A DNA stretch of 64,000 bases from Mobula hypostoma (lineage: Eukaryota), in assembly GCF_963921235.1 (NCBI RefSeq), contig NC_086108.1:40116001-40180000 (forward strand), in the 5' to 3' direction. Positions 1 to 14,519 of this stretch are shown one piece after another (positions within the stretch are counted from its first letter, which is position 1; the number at the start of each line of letters is the position of its first letter). The notes beneath the pieces are model-generated. The model was not told the origin of the DNA. It did not search any database and saw only the letters and a program-made list of their open reading frames with translations. Both the position numbers and the translations under genes were made by a program.

Positions 1-167
1 CTCTCCTTCCGTTAAACTCTCCCATCCCTTCATTAACATCTCCAAATGCTGCTCCATTGTTTTCCTTATCTCTCTTTCTCTTGAAGACAGGTGGCAGACC
101 AACTGCTGATTCCACTGGTGCCAGCACAGGCCAGCTAACATCTTAATCTATGTGTATTCTCGTCACA
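1..167 (-). mobile_element. LTR fragment cut by the window edge, same family as 28201-29065
   Basis: Closely matches 28900-29065 (catctccaaatgctgctccattgttttccttatc...gaagacaggtggcagaccaactgctgat) and ends in the same ...tcaca terminus. Confidence 0.85.
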
Positions 168-171
168 ATAT

Positions 172-770
172 GAAGCAGTCCGAGGTAACATTTGGGCTGA
201 TAAATGGCAATTAACATTTGTGCCATAAAAATGAAAGATGGAAAACATCTACAAAAAGAGAAATTCTAACCACTTACCCTTGATATTCAGTGGCACCTCC
301 CTTCCTAAGCTCGCCAACATTAAAATCTTGAGGGTCACTATTGACCAGGAACTCAACTGGACCATAAGCGCCATACCCAAAAAAGTAGGCCCGAAACTGG
401 AAATGATGCGGTGAGTGGCTCAATGCTTGACACCCCAAGAGCTTCCCAGAGCGAAGTGCTCTCAACTGGTGAGATAAATGCAAATCTAATAACACTTAAG
501 AAGCTCCCATAACGTAGGACAAAACAACCTGCTTGATTCATACTCCTGCAGGCTTCCCTCCAACTTGCACACCATCCTGATTTGGAAGGATAGTCTCTTC
601 CATCATTGCTGGCTTTGTACCCTGGAACTCCCTATCCAACAGTACTATGAAATTACCTTCAAGAGAAGGATTGGAGCGATTCAGGAAGATGGCCCAGCAG
701 TGCCTTCTTAAGGGCAATTAGATGGTGATAAATGGTGGGTTTGCTGATGAAGCCCATCAAATAATTAAAA
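172..770 (+). mobile_element. Degraded L2/CR1-clade LINE 3' end
   Basis: Broken RT C-terminal motifs (W.DKWQ.TF, IL.VTIDQELNWT) followed by a LINE-type 3' tail. Confidence 0.55.
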
Positions 771-1315
771 TATACTGTATATACACAAATACCTGGTCCC
801 AGTGTATATGGAGAAGGCAGGGACCAGAGCTATGCCCACAGAATCACTGGCACTCGCCAGCACCATGTTAAATAGATGTTTAACAACAGTTACTAAATAT
901 CCAGCAAAGTAGCAGCTAATAGATTTCTCTATGCCAAAGTCTGCTTTATCTAATATTTATTTAAGAAAATTAAAATATGTTTTCATTCAAATTTAAATAA
1001 ATTGTTTGCTTTACAGCAACTTTTAATATCACCAGGGTACCAAATCAGTGCTATCGCTTGTGGCCAACAGAAAAAAAAATAATGATACCTCTACCAGTGA
1101 AGCTGATAACTCAAAACTGGAGCTGTCAGTTAATGACTTGGCTGCAGTTGTTAAGAGCTATTAAATTTCATTGTTCGTTGTAACATTTATTTTTTAAAAA
1201 AACAAGATTAGTGAGTGTTTGATTTATTGGCATTGATTTTAACAAGATGATTCATTGATCACAGTTTTCCAGAAGAAGCAGCAATTAAAGACATTTCATT
1301 TGCATTAATACACAC

Positions 1316-1416
1316 CGAGTCCTGCTTTTGTCTAAACTCTCTCTCCCTTTGCAGACGATATTGATCTATCTCTGCTTGAGCTTCATCCTTTGCTTGCTTC
1401 AGACGTCTTCCCTTCC
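1316..1416 (-). CDS. ATP6V1G3: V-type proton ATPase subunit G3, coding exon 2
   Basis: Acceptor ttacttctAG, 101-nt exon reading (R)KGRRLKQAKDEAQAEIDQYRLQREREFRQKQDS, then a GTGTGT donor. Joins exon 1 in frame (A|GG = Arg; 82+101 nt = 61 codons). Intron 1 is 7441 nt. Exon 3 was not found in the window. Confidence 0.95.
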
Positions 1417-2754
1417 CTAGAAGTAATGTTCACAAAAAAAAACGCCTGGTAAAGGCTTCATACCAATAGAGCCACAAGCCTAATAAACAGAAGGCACACA
1501 AGGGAATCATGCATTGCAAAACAGAAGGAAGCTGGACTGATTAGTATGAATTCTGTAAGTTACACTGCCTTATGTTGGGAATAATTCCGTTTTGATGATT
1601 TATTGATTTTCTTCATGGATTCCGCCCTTGTGTGCATGATTTTCATTAGGTCTCAAAGCATAATATCTAATTATAGAAGACAGTTTCCTCTCTACAAAAT
1701 GCTGCTTTGAGCTGGAGCATCTGCAGCCTGATGTCTGGTGATGCAATGTGATGTCTTCTTTACAATGTGGCCGGCAGAGCATTTTGGAGTCACTGTTGCT
1801 GCTCTTTGGAAACCTCGGGAATGGTGAGTGTCGGATAATTATGACTCATCAGACTGTGCAGGACTTGAATTGAATTATCAGACTGGTGACCCGGGGCAAG
1901 GTAAGCTGGTTCTTTGCTCTGTCTATTTTCTATATGAGGTCTCACTAACTCTGGAAAACTTCACTGGGCTGTGTTGCATGCCTCATTGGTTATTAAAGGA
2001 AATAGGAGATATGATGATCATTCTAGGAAATTGGAAGACCAGCCTCGATTTTGGTGACTATTGAAGCAATCCTGAGGGCTGAATGGCCTACTCTTGCTTC
2101 TATTTCTCCTTTTTCTTAAGTTCTTAACTCAAGTGTGGCATTGATGGGGCCTGTGCAATTTTTTCCCTTCATTGTGGATTGGCCATGACAAAAGAATGTT
2201 TCACCTTTGGGAAACCATAAAAGGAAGATGTTTAAAAAGACCCTTACTTCTTCCATAGGGAGTGATCAGCTGGCATATGCCATCCAATTCAACACAGTCA
2301 TTTAATTGTGCTGTTCGGAGTTAATGTGCCACATGTGACAGACCTTCTTGTGTTTACCAGCCAGTGAGCTTTTGCCTTTTACCACCATGTAATGAAGTTA
2401 AAGCTGAGTTGTTATTAAGAAGTTAGAGCAGAAGAAGCTAGAAACAGTCCAGCAGGCCAGGCAGCATCTGCACAGATGTCAGGGATCCTGCTTCCTTTCA
2501 TTAGCACTGGGAATAGTTAGAAACTAAACAAGTGGTAGTGTTCAGAAACAGGAGCAGGGGAGGCAGAAATTGAGGTGAGGTTTAAATAAGAAAAGATGTT
2601 CTGATGATACAAGACGAATACTGGAGGTTTGAAATAAAAATATCAGGAAAGCTGATTATCTGGAGCGCCCAACTCATTGAAATCAAATTCTGAATTATTG
2701 AAATCATTTTTGTTTCTTGACAGCTATAATTTGCCAGGTGGGAAAGTGAGAGTA

Positions 2755-3100
2755 ACAGTGTAGAGTGGGTAGTGGTCGCTGCCTCACTGAGACAGGGACC
2801 CAAGCTCAATCCTTTCCTCTGCTGTTACCCGTGCAGACGTGGCACTTCCTCTAGATGCTTTGATTTCCCCCAACATACTCCAGTTCCCGCCCACATCCCA
2901 AAGGTTTGTGATGTGGAAGGTTAATTGCCCATTGTAAATTGCCACCAGCGTGTAGGTGAGTGAAGAAATCTAAAGTGACAAGAAGGGAGGGAGAATAAAA
3001 AGCGGAATGAGTGCAGGATTACAGTAAATGGGTGTTTGATAGTTGGTGCAGATTCAATGGGCCAAATGGCCTGTTTTCTCATTGTACCTACGACTCTGTG
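2755..3100 (+). mobile_element. HE1-like V-SINE, degraded
   Basis: tRNA-like head, V-domain-like ctccagttcccgcccacatcccaaag and gttaattgcccattgtaaattgcc, CR1-like tail gggccaaatggcctgtt. Confidence 0.6.
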
Positions 3101-3689
3101 AAATGATGTTCCTCAAGCCTATACTGAGCTTCATTCCAAGTGTGTGGGCAGCTGAAGAGTGAGCCTGAGTAATGAAGTGACAGGTGCGTGGTTCTCAGTT
3201 ATGCTTGTGGGTTGACTAGAGGTCTCCTGCAAAACAGCTACCCCATCAATTACTTGACTTGTCTAATGCACAGGGGTCCACACTGTGAGCAGAGAATACA
3301 GTAAATTGGAAGAAGTACAAGTGAATTGCCATGATATTTGGAAAGCATGTTAAGGGTTGTGGAAGTTTGGAAGGGTGGGAAAGAGCACGTGCCGAGCCTA
3401 CTGTTGCATGAGAAGTCGATGTGAGAACGGTAATGTGAGCTTGTGGAGACGGAGCAGTTAACAAGCAAGTTCTGGTGGCAGCAACTCTGAAAAGGGAAGG
3501 ACATTAATTATGTGAATAGCAACTACATTGTGCTGTTTTTAAAATGATATGATGTTATTTGGAAACATCAGTTGTACTGAACTGAGAACATCCATGTTTG
3601 ACATTTTCAATTTAATGTTGACCACGTGCATTAGAAATTATTCCCATTCTATGAAAAAAGTATGGTGCTCAAATTTTCATAAAATAGTT

Positions 3690-5370
<1,681 letters not shown>

Positions 5371-5974
5371 TATCAGAAATAACAACTTTATAGCATGACT
5401 AGACACATTACTTTCCATGTATTTTACTGCCTATTTTCGAACGACAGCCAACTACCAGAATTCTGATATCTTTCAATTTCATCACTAAGCATCATGTTCG
5501 CAGTTCAGCTTGACATTGAGTGTAATTCTAATGGGACCGAAGTTCCAGACCCGGATTCGAGTCCCACTGTTTGCTGAAGATGAAGTGCTAGACGGTAGTC
5601 CTTGCCACTCACTTCTCAATACATATTTGGGAGATCATACACACATTTGGTCAAAGTCCAGATCCTTGTGGATGTCTGAAACTTTTATGCATATCATTGC
5701 CACAGGCATATCATTCCAACCTTCCAAACAGGGATTGTTTTAATTAATGACAAGTGCATATTTGGATGATTATTTATTTGGCAATTGTACAAATAAAATT
5801 CAGTGCTGAACTGAACCAAGCTCCTCTTACCGTTCAGATGAAGTTTATAGGGTACGTGTGACTCCTGGGGGTGGGGGGTGTAGAGAAATGTGGAGGAATA
5901 GGTTGTATGATCTGGGTAATTATCTCCCTACATTGTGTGATAAAAATCAAAGAAGAACCAAAGCTTTCCGAATT

Positions 5975-6550
5975 ACCAAATCACACATTGGTTACAGCAC
6001 AAAGGGGGGCTACTCAGTCTCTTGAGTCTGTACTAATTCTATTACAAGAGCAATCCAGCCAGTCACACTCTCCACTTTTTCCCCAAAGCCCTGCAAACTC
6101 TTCTTTCAAATAGTTATCCAGCTTCCTTGTGAATGCTACAAATGAATCTACCTTGGAAGTACTGTACAGATCACACACAGTGTGTGACCATTCTTCATAT
6201 CCCTTTTGGTTCTTTGGCCAATCACCTTTAGTCTTTGTCCTAAGTTTGCTGGTGGAAGCTATATCCTTAGTGATTGTAAATACCACTATGAGTCCCTTCA
6301 AAACTTCTTTTGTTCCAATGAGAACAATCCCAGCTTTTCCAATATAAATAAGGTGTCTTATTCATTCCAGTGAACTTCTTCTTCACCCCCTCCAAAGCTT
6401 TCATGTCTTTTCTGAATAGTTGTGCCAGACTTGGATGGGGTTCAAATGTTCATTATGACTTCTTTGCTCTCTGCCTCTACTTATAAAGCCCTGTTTCTGC
6501 TTGATTTTTAAAAATCAACTTTCTTAACTCATTCTGCCACGTTCAACAAT
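5975..6550 (-). mobile_element. Degraded CR1 3' fragment
   Basis: Minus-strand remnants of the CR1 ORF2 end (FTRKLDNYL) and 3' UTR. Confidence 0.5.
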
Positions 6551-7159
6551 CATCTGGTGAACACTTGTGATAGCAGCCTGTTGTCTGTTGTATGTTTGTT
6601 TTCTCTGCATTATTTTACTCTCCTTCCTCTTGGTCACTTGGGGAGTTCCAGCTTTATTTTCCTTACCCTTCTACATAACAGAAATGGACCTGGATTGTGT
6701 CTGAAATTTCCCAATGTTAAAGGCTTCCATTTAGTGACGGGTTTATAGGCGGAAACTCACAGCATTCTCATTGCTTTGGTTTAGTGATCGGAGAGACAAA
6801 TCAAATTTTTGCCTCAGCCTTGGTAGGGATACATCCTTCTCTGCATTCACCTTTGAGCTTGACTTTAAAGCTTGAGATTTAAAGGGTGCTGCTTGAATTC
6901 TGCAGGAAGATGCCCATTCGCAGACAACTTTGTGAATAATGCACGTTGTGTGTTCTGTTGCAGTCTGACACCATTATCGACACTCCTCAGTGTTCGGGGT
7001 GGCAATTCTTATTCATTGATATGGAGCCAAGGCAGAGTGATATCGAACCATTATATTAGGGTCTTCAATGGGGAAAGTATGGACCACAAAATAAATCAAT
7101 AAAAACACTATAGGCTCATGAGAGTTGTCAAAACTTGACTTGAAAATCTCCCCAACGTT

Positions 7160-7560
7160 TCCCCGGATGGTCTCATTTGGTAAAGGCAGTTGATAATGGA
7201 GCCATAGACCAGATGGCGCATGCTTTGAATTGTAGCTGCTGCTGCTGAGTGAATTGAGCTCAGCCAAGCTGGCAGAAGGGGTGTGACAAACTGGCCTCTT
7301 TGCCCCAGGCTAGAGGAGAGGAGCAGAGCCAGTCTCCCTGCTGATTGCTATCCCCCTGGATACAGAAATGCTGCTGCGTAGATGTTGAGTGAGGGCAAGA
7401 TCAGCTTCTGCTGCGATTTCCTTCCCTCCCGGCACCGCCTTCACTCTTCCCCAGAGCCAGATAACCTGTGAATGTTCGGTGCCCAGGCTCAGCAAGGTAC
7501 AGCTGGGCTCCTGGCAGCTTCCAAGGCCTGAGCCCAGCAGGAGTCAGTGGCTTCAATACG
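7160..7560 (+). mobile_element. Ancient tRNA-derived SINE, AmnSINE2-like
   Basis: Colinear blocks resembling the recalled AmnSINE2 consensus: gagccatagaccag, gctgagt..gctcagcc, tggcctc..tgcccc.ggctag, ctgattgctatcc, gtgagggcaagatc, cccagcaggagtcag. Confidence 0.6.
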
Positions 7561-8334
7561 GGCAAACAAAATTTCATTTAGGAAGGAAAAGTTTACTGCT
7601 TTTAAGTCAATGACTAACATGACAGAGAGTGCAAACTTTGAATTCAAATTGCTTCCCTCATTAATTTGGAAATGAGAATATTAAATAAAATGTCACATTG
7701 TCTTTTATGGGGAGAGAGAGAGGAAGGGAGGGAGAGGGAGAGGCAGAGTTATTTATTTATTTATTTCCGGGTGGAGTAAACACAGGTGAAGATTCCAGAA
7801 TTGCTTAACTGGCAAAGATGTAAAAATGGAGGAATCATCAGATTTCTCTAGAAAGAGAAGATCAGAAAGGCCAAATGGTTTAAAGATTTTGTACCTCATT
7901 AAACTGAGGCCAGTGCCTTGTGTCTGTCAAGGCCCAGTTGTCTTGAGGGACCCCCAGATGTACGATTAAAAGAGGTCAATGTTGGGAACATTTCAGGAAT
8001 TCAGACAGCACTTCAGGAAACAAAATCAGAAATAACATTTGATATGTCAAGGGTCTCAGATGAAGGATCTCAGAACTGAAACTTTATCCCCATTTCTCCT
8101 TCCACAGATGCTACCTGACCTTCTGATTGTTCCCAGTATTTTCAGAATCTACAGTTCATTTTGATTTTCATTGACTTTCAGTGCTGCACAGTGATCTGGA
8201 CAAGACCAGAGCTTTTGCAGATACTTGTGCAAACTGTTAGCGTGCAGCACTTTGCAAGCAGACTGAAGGCAGAATTTCAGCAGGTAACATAACACATGTC
8301 CAACAGTGACATGCCATTTAAAAAAAAAACTCTT

Positions 8335-8564
8335 ATAGAAACATAGAAAACCCACAGCACAAATCAGGCCCCTCGGCCCACAAAGCTGTGCCGAACATGT
8401 CCCTACCTTAGAACTACCTCGGCTTACCCATAGCCCTCTATTTTTCTAAGCTCCATGTATCCATCCAGGAGTCTCTTAAAAGACCCTATCGTTTCTGCCT
8501 CCACCACCGCCACTGGAAGCCCATTCCACGCACTCACCACTCTCTGAGTAAAAAACTTACCCCT
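8335..8564 (-). mobile_element. Young CR1 3' end
   Basis: FFTQRVVSAWNGLP...FKRLLDGYM...GYG plus 3' UTR and short tail repeat; same family as 44145-44466. Confidence 0.85.
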
Positions 8565-8857
8565 TATCCCTAGATTATTATTTTTTTTGCAATGCCTTCT
8601 CCAGCACAATATATGCAGCTCTCTGCAGGACTGGTCACAAAGCATGTTCCTGCTTCCAGAAGCCCTTCTGTTTGCTCCCAAATGGAACTGCTGCAATTTT
8701 GATGCTGGTGTAAGATTATTGCCAGTAAAAAGTGTATACTGAGTTAGTTTTCCTTCAAAACAATAATGCTTCAGGTTTGATTTTCCACTGTGTGGAAACC
8801 AACCTTCATCACCTGTGCGAGTGAACAAGCATTTGTTAACACATTTACTTTACTCAC

Positions 8858-8939
8858 TCTTCTTAGCTTCCTCCAACCTTTCCTTTGCTCGTTTCTCTGC
8901 CTGTAGAAGCTGATGGATTCCTTGCGAGTGACTGGTCAT
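8858..8939 (-). CDS. ATP6V1G3: V-type proton ATPase subunit G3, coding exon 1
   Basis: Minus strand from ATG at 8939 reads MTSHSQGIHQLLQAEKRAKERLEEAKK plus 1 nt (82 nt), then a GTGAGT donor. The MTS.SQGIHQ / AK..LEEAKK residues match G3 rather than G1 (MASQSQGIQQ / AAEKVSEAR). Confidence 0.95.
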
Positions 8940-8984
8940 GTTGTTCAGTGAGGCAGTGCCCTGAGAAGGCGATGTGCAGCTTCA

Positions 8985-8992
8985 TTTTTATA
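8985..8992 (-). promoter_or_regulatory. TATA box of ATP6V1G3
   Basis: Minus strand reads cc-TATAAAAA-tg about 45 nt upstream of the ATG, implying a start site near 8960 and a short 5' UTR. Confidence 0.65.
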
Positions 8993-9793
8993 GGCACCTT
9001 GGTGACTTTGATGACTTCTTGTTGCTGCAAACAACAAAGACAATTCAGGATGCAGCTTGTGTAGCAGTGGCAAGCTCCAGTCTCAGGCTGCTTTCAGGTA
9101 GTTACAGCCAAAACAATAGCTTAATGTGCATTATCTGATGACAAATTAAAACAAAAACACCGCCTGTGGATCATGTGCAAGGGAATTTATACAGCAGGAT
9201 CAACAAAAATACTAAATAAACAAAAAGGCAACTTTGAGGATCTTTTTACCCACTTATAATTTACTCGTGTTTGTACTTTTTTTACATTTCCATTTTTCTT
9301 CAATCACACTTGATGCTGCTGTAGTATAATTAAAGTAGACCAAATTGGCAAATATAGGCTTCATTTATTTAAATATTTTAAATAAATATCTAATAATGTA
9401 CACTGTAACTAGACAAGACTAACTATATGCGGTAGGACCAAGTCAATATATAAATACCTCTTAGTTCTTCAAGCAAGGAATTCATGCTCACAGTGTAATG
9501 CAAAGAATGGCAGATTCATTACTATCTGAGTTTTAAATTAATAATGTACCTCAGTGGTGATGTAAGGGGTTGCATGACATTAAGCAGAGTAAAGACAGTC
9601 TTTTCCTCAGAGCTGGGGAGTCTAAAACTAGAAGGGATAGATTTAAATTGAGAGGGCAATCATTTAAAGAATGGATGAGATGGGCTGAAGCGCCTGTTTC
9701 TGTGCTGAATAACTCTATGTAAGTGAATAAAAGAGTACAAAGAGTGAGACAATAGGCATGGGGATGAACAAGAGCAAAAGGGCATAAAGGAAC

Positions 9794-10025
9794 TGATGCA
9801 CTATCACTTACTCCAAAACACTGGAAGTAGAGTAAATACTGAAAGGCTTTTATTAACAGTAAAATGGATCCATGTCCATGCTGTATGTCTGTCCTGGACT
9901 GTAGGAGGAGCAGTGGAACAATCTCCTTTATTCAGGGGTCTGTGGGAGGAACCACAGGAGCAGTCAGCAGAGGGGCGTGTCCAGACAGGTAACCCAGTTA
10001 CAACCTATATACATGTTTTACCACA
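9794..10025 (-). mobile_element. Solo LTR (232 bp)
   Basis: TG...CA termini, perfect 5-bp TSD GGAAC (9789-9793 and 10026-10030), AATAAA on the minus strand. Confidence 0.8.
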
Positions 10026-10754
10026 GGAACACCTCTCCAGTAGAAATATTAAGTGAAAGCATTGTGCTGTCTGCTTTGTGCACAAGTCTCAGTATCTTAT
10101 ATTTCTATTTTAGCTGGGAATAACTGGTTTCTGAATGTTTTTGGATATAACTGGTTTCTGAATATTTTTAACTTGGTACTGGTGCATCAGGTCTTCAAGT
10201 GTGAGTGCATTTATTATCTTAAAGATAGGATGTGTCCGATCTCATGGAAAGATTTCTTCTTGGCAGTTGCCAGCGCAACGTATAGGATTAAATAATGGCA
10301 GTGTATCAGTGTAAATTGAATAAGGAGGTGTAGGAAAACATGGGCTCGATTGCTTGAGTAATTTGTGGCTGTTTGACCTGGTCCAGGCTACATCCAAAGT
10401 CTCTGGCAATTGCAAGTTATTCCAAAGATTCACATTTCCCACTCCACTGGCACCTAAATCTCACAGCTTGCTCATGACTTCCTGCTAATCATCCATGGCA
10501 TTAACATCATCCCTAATCATCCTAACAAACTGCAAGATTTGCACTCATCCACTGCCCTTTCTCTTACAGAGAGAAGTGATATACAGTGTGATTACCTCCA
10601 GATTGACTGCTGAGCCCAAGTGCATACATGAAGTCATCCAGCACTCAATCTGACATTCACAGCCGCTCGACTACAGGTATCTAATTACTATAGGGTATGA
10701 TTACATGTAGGACTTGCACTTGGGGCAACACAATAATAAGCAAGAAGAATGGGG

Positions 10755-10948
10755 TAACACACACAAAATGCTGGAGGAACTCAGCAGGTCAGGCAGCATC
10801 TATGTAGGAGAATAAACAGTCGACGTTTCAAGAGCTGAAACGTCAACTGTTTATTCTTCTCCATAAATGCTGCCTGACTAATTGAGTTCCTCCAGCATTT
10901 TGCGTGAGATTCTCTAGATATCTGGCATTTGCAGAATCTCATGTTTAT
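10755..10948. mobile_element. Penelope pseudo-LTR foldback insertion
   Basis: Inverted arms meet at gtcgacgtttc/gaaacgtcaact; 11-bp TSD GAAGAATGGGG (10744-10754, 10949-10959). Confidence 0.75.
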
Positions 10949-11014
10949 GAAGAATGGGGCTGAGCTTAATGAAGTACAGCTGCACAGAGTTCCTTGTTTC
11001 CTGAAGTGACTCTT

Positions 11015-11460
11015 TCTATTGTTCCTTTCGGATGCACCGAGGTACAGTGAAAGTTCTTTTTGACTGCTATTTAGATAGGTTATCTCATACATAAGTATGT
11101 TGAGAAAACAGAATACAGAATATAGTGTTGCAATTATAGAAAATGTGCAATGCAGGTAGACAAATAAAGTGCAAGGGTTACAATGAGGTAGATTGGGAGA
11201 TTGAGTTCATCTTTACAGTATGAGAAGACTTTTCAAGAGTCTGGTAACTGCAGGATGGAAGCTGTCCTTGAGTCTGATGGCCTGTGCTCTCAAGCTTTTG
11301 TGTCTTTGCCCAGGTAAGCGAAGAAGAGGGAAAACTAGGGTGGCAGGGATTCTCAATTATGTTGGCTGCTTCCCAAGATAACAGGAAATGTAGATGGTGT
11401 CAGTGGTGGGGTGGCTTGTTTGTGTGATGGATGGGGATGTGTTCACAACACTCTGCAATG
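11015..11460 (-). mobile_element. Degraded Rex1/Babar-type LINE 3' end
   Basis: Similar to the reverse complement of the 3' region seen at 19715-20035. Confidence 0.5.
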
Positions 11461-12046
11461 GAGTTAGCATTGTATTTGGATGTTAATGGAGTGAAAGCCC
11501 TGGTGTTTGTGGGAATGGTCAGGGAACAAGATGTGGGACCATGAATATTGCAGTCGGCCCCTTGCCGAGCTACGTGTCTACTGTTCTCCACTGCAGAAGG
11601 AGTTGATGCCTTGGAAATTCTTGGAAAACTGCAGCAATCTGGGAAACAGAACTGACATTTTCTACAGCTACATAGAATGATGAAGGAAGTAAAAACTACT
11701 GCGATCCTCATTTTCACAGAGAGGATGAGACAGTTGCAGCTCTGCCACCAGATGGCCCCTTTCAGTATTTGGCTGGTCAATCAGGTGGATTGGTCATTTA
11801 CTGGACATGAATATTCCTGGAGGATAGGCCTCTAGGTCAGAGAACCTCTATTCATCCTTCTTCTCCTCCTGCCTCTTCTGACGTTACTACCTTCTCCTTC
11901 TCTTGGTCTGGTTGGAGGTCCATTGGACTGCTATTTCTCTCACAGGGTGTCAGACAGAATGGCCTGGTGTTATTTGAAAGCTGACACTGAATATAACCAG
12001 CCTCCTAATTACTCATTATACCAAAGGAAATGGCACCACCAGATAC

Positions 12047-12317
12047 AATTCAACAGAATCAAGCCAAGTTTCAATGAAAATGCCAAATTACGTCTTTAGA
12101 TTACACAATATATAAACAATCTAGAACATTGGTGAACTTTGGTATTTGCATCTACCTTCTCTGAAGGTCTTGGACCATTGAATTCAACAGAATCAAGCCA
12201 AGTTTCAATGAAAATGCCAAATTACGTCTTTAGATTACACAATATATAAACAATCTAGAACATTGGTGAACTTTGGTATTTGCATCTACCTTCTCTGAAG
12301 GTCTTGGACCATTGAAT
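12047..12317. repeat. Perfect tandem duplication, 2 x 134 bp
   Basis: 12047-12180 is repeated exactly at 12181-12314, followed by a third aat (3-bp microhomology). Confidence 0.95.
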
Positions 12318-14519
12318 CTGTACAGCTCAGATGGAGACCATTGGGCCAATGTCAGAGATTATACCCTGATCATAGATTAGTGGATAATCTACTCTCCATA
12401 AGCAGCCCTACCCTCTTGGCTAAACATAGTAATGAAATGTTTGCTGCTGACTTCTTCATTTTAAGACACACTGTACCCACACCCACATAATCCTTGAAGT
12501 TAAAAACTAGCTCATGCTGTCTCTATCCTTCATTGGGACAGTTTTGATGTGATTCTTGAAAAGTGATGGAAATGATTCATATACAGGAAATTCATATTAA
12601 GCGATAACTTTTGTAATATTATAAGTAGATTGTGGTTCTATATTATAGTTGGCCATAAATCTCGTGACCCATTGCTCAATATCGAGTGATGCTTGATACT
12701 GCTCACTGAAATGAAGGTGCCTAACCCTTCAACAGTAAAAGACCCAATTGGTGTAATTGCTAAAAATAAAAGTTCACTCAAGAGTTTTAGTTGCCACTTG
12801 GCTTCATAACTTTGAAGAGTAACAGCTTCAGGTCAGAGCTAAAAAGAATCCAATACATTTAAGATTGCTTTGTATCTGTAAAGTTATCCATCCTTATATT
12901 TTTGAAGGGATTCATCGCAATAAAGGAGAGTATTTACTATCAAGATAGGGAAGTCGTGCCAAGAAATTAACAGTGAGGGGTCCATTTGCACACCTTTTTT
13001 TAAATGATTTTTTTAATATGTAGCATCTTATCAAAGACTTCTAAGTCCAAATACACTATATCAGTGGATTCTCATCTATTATTATTGAATTTTCTTTCAT
13101 GAATTCCTGTTGACTCGGTACAATTCTATTTTTATTTTCGATGTGCCTTTTACCACTTCCTTAACGATAGACTCCAGCATTTCCCCTACAATTGATGTCA
13201 TGTTGCAACAGGTCTATAGCTCCCTATTTTAAAGTTATAGAGGCATATAACAGAGAAACAGGCCCTTTGGCCCAGTAAAAAACAAATCTTCTAGCTGATC
13301 TATGTTAAACTCAATTGATCACGTTAAGCCAGATCTTTCTGAGCCCTGCCAATTTTAGTGTCTGTTGAAATGCCTCTTAAAAATAATAACAGTGTCTGAA
13401 TCCATCTCCTCTTCTGGCAAAGTCAAGATTCAAGATTCAAGATTCAAGTACATTTATTATCAAAGAATGTATAAGTTATACAACCATGAGATTTGTCTGC
13501 TTGCAGGCAGCCATCAAGCAAGAAACCTGAAAGAACCCAATTTTAAAAAAGGACCAACACCCAATGCGCAGAGAAAGAGGAAAAACACAAATCATACAAA
13601 CATAGATGTGAGCACAGTGTTTTAGATATCAGCTAGGCTCTGTTTTAAAAAACAATTTTACCCCCTCAGATTCTCTTTAATATTCCTTCCTCTCTCCTTA
13701 AAGGTATTCTTGGTTTTAGTGCACCGACCAAGAGAAACAGATTTTGACTGTCTACTCATTTACGCTTCTCGGAATCACATATACTTCTATCGGCTCCCCG
13801 TTGGCCTCCTTCACTCCAGGGAAGACAAACCCAGCTGATCCACTCTCTTCTCATGGCTATACTTCTCTAATCCAGGTGATATCCTGGGTCTCTCCTCTGC
13901 ATGTTCTCCAATACAAGCGCATCTTTGTTATTGTGTGATGACTTCTTTATTTAATTCCTCTTTATTTTCTGGACTGACCAAGCACGCCATATGCCTTCTT
14001 CACCACCCTGTCCATCTGCGTTGCCAATTTCAATGAACTATGGACTCCCCAGTTTTGGTAAATAATGGAGTTACATTTGCTACTTTCCGTTCTGTGGGAA
14101 CTGCTCTGGAATCTATGAAACTTTGGAAGATGGCAACTTATGTGTCTATTATCTCCATAGCTACCTCTTTCAAAACTTCAGGTCCTCAAACCTGACTTTT
14201 TTTTACTGGCTATTAGTCCCACTAGTTTCTCTGGGACTAGTCATTAACTAACATTAACTTCCTTCCTGGAGTTCTGATGCAGGGGTTCAACTCGAAATGT
14301 TCACAATTCCTTTCCTCCCAGAGATGCTGCTGAAACCTGCTGAGTTCCTCCAACAGAATGTTTGTTGCTCTTAATTTCATTTTTAACTGATATTAATTTC
14401 CAGGAGGTATTTGTGAAGGTAGACACAAAATACTTGCTTAATCTCTCTGTTGTGTCTTCATTCACTGGTGTAATTTCTTTTCTCTCTTACTGGCCTTCTG
14501 GCCTTCTTACTAGCATACT

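Noticed and set aside
760..1315. ATP6V1G3 exon 3
   Set aside because: No G-subunit C-terminal motif (e.g. VCD.KPEIH.NY) seen on the minus strand; the exon is presumably left of position 1.
12047..12317. CRISPR-like or satellite array
   Set aside because: Only two adjacent units with no spacers, in eukaryotic DNA.
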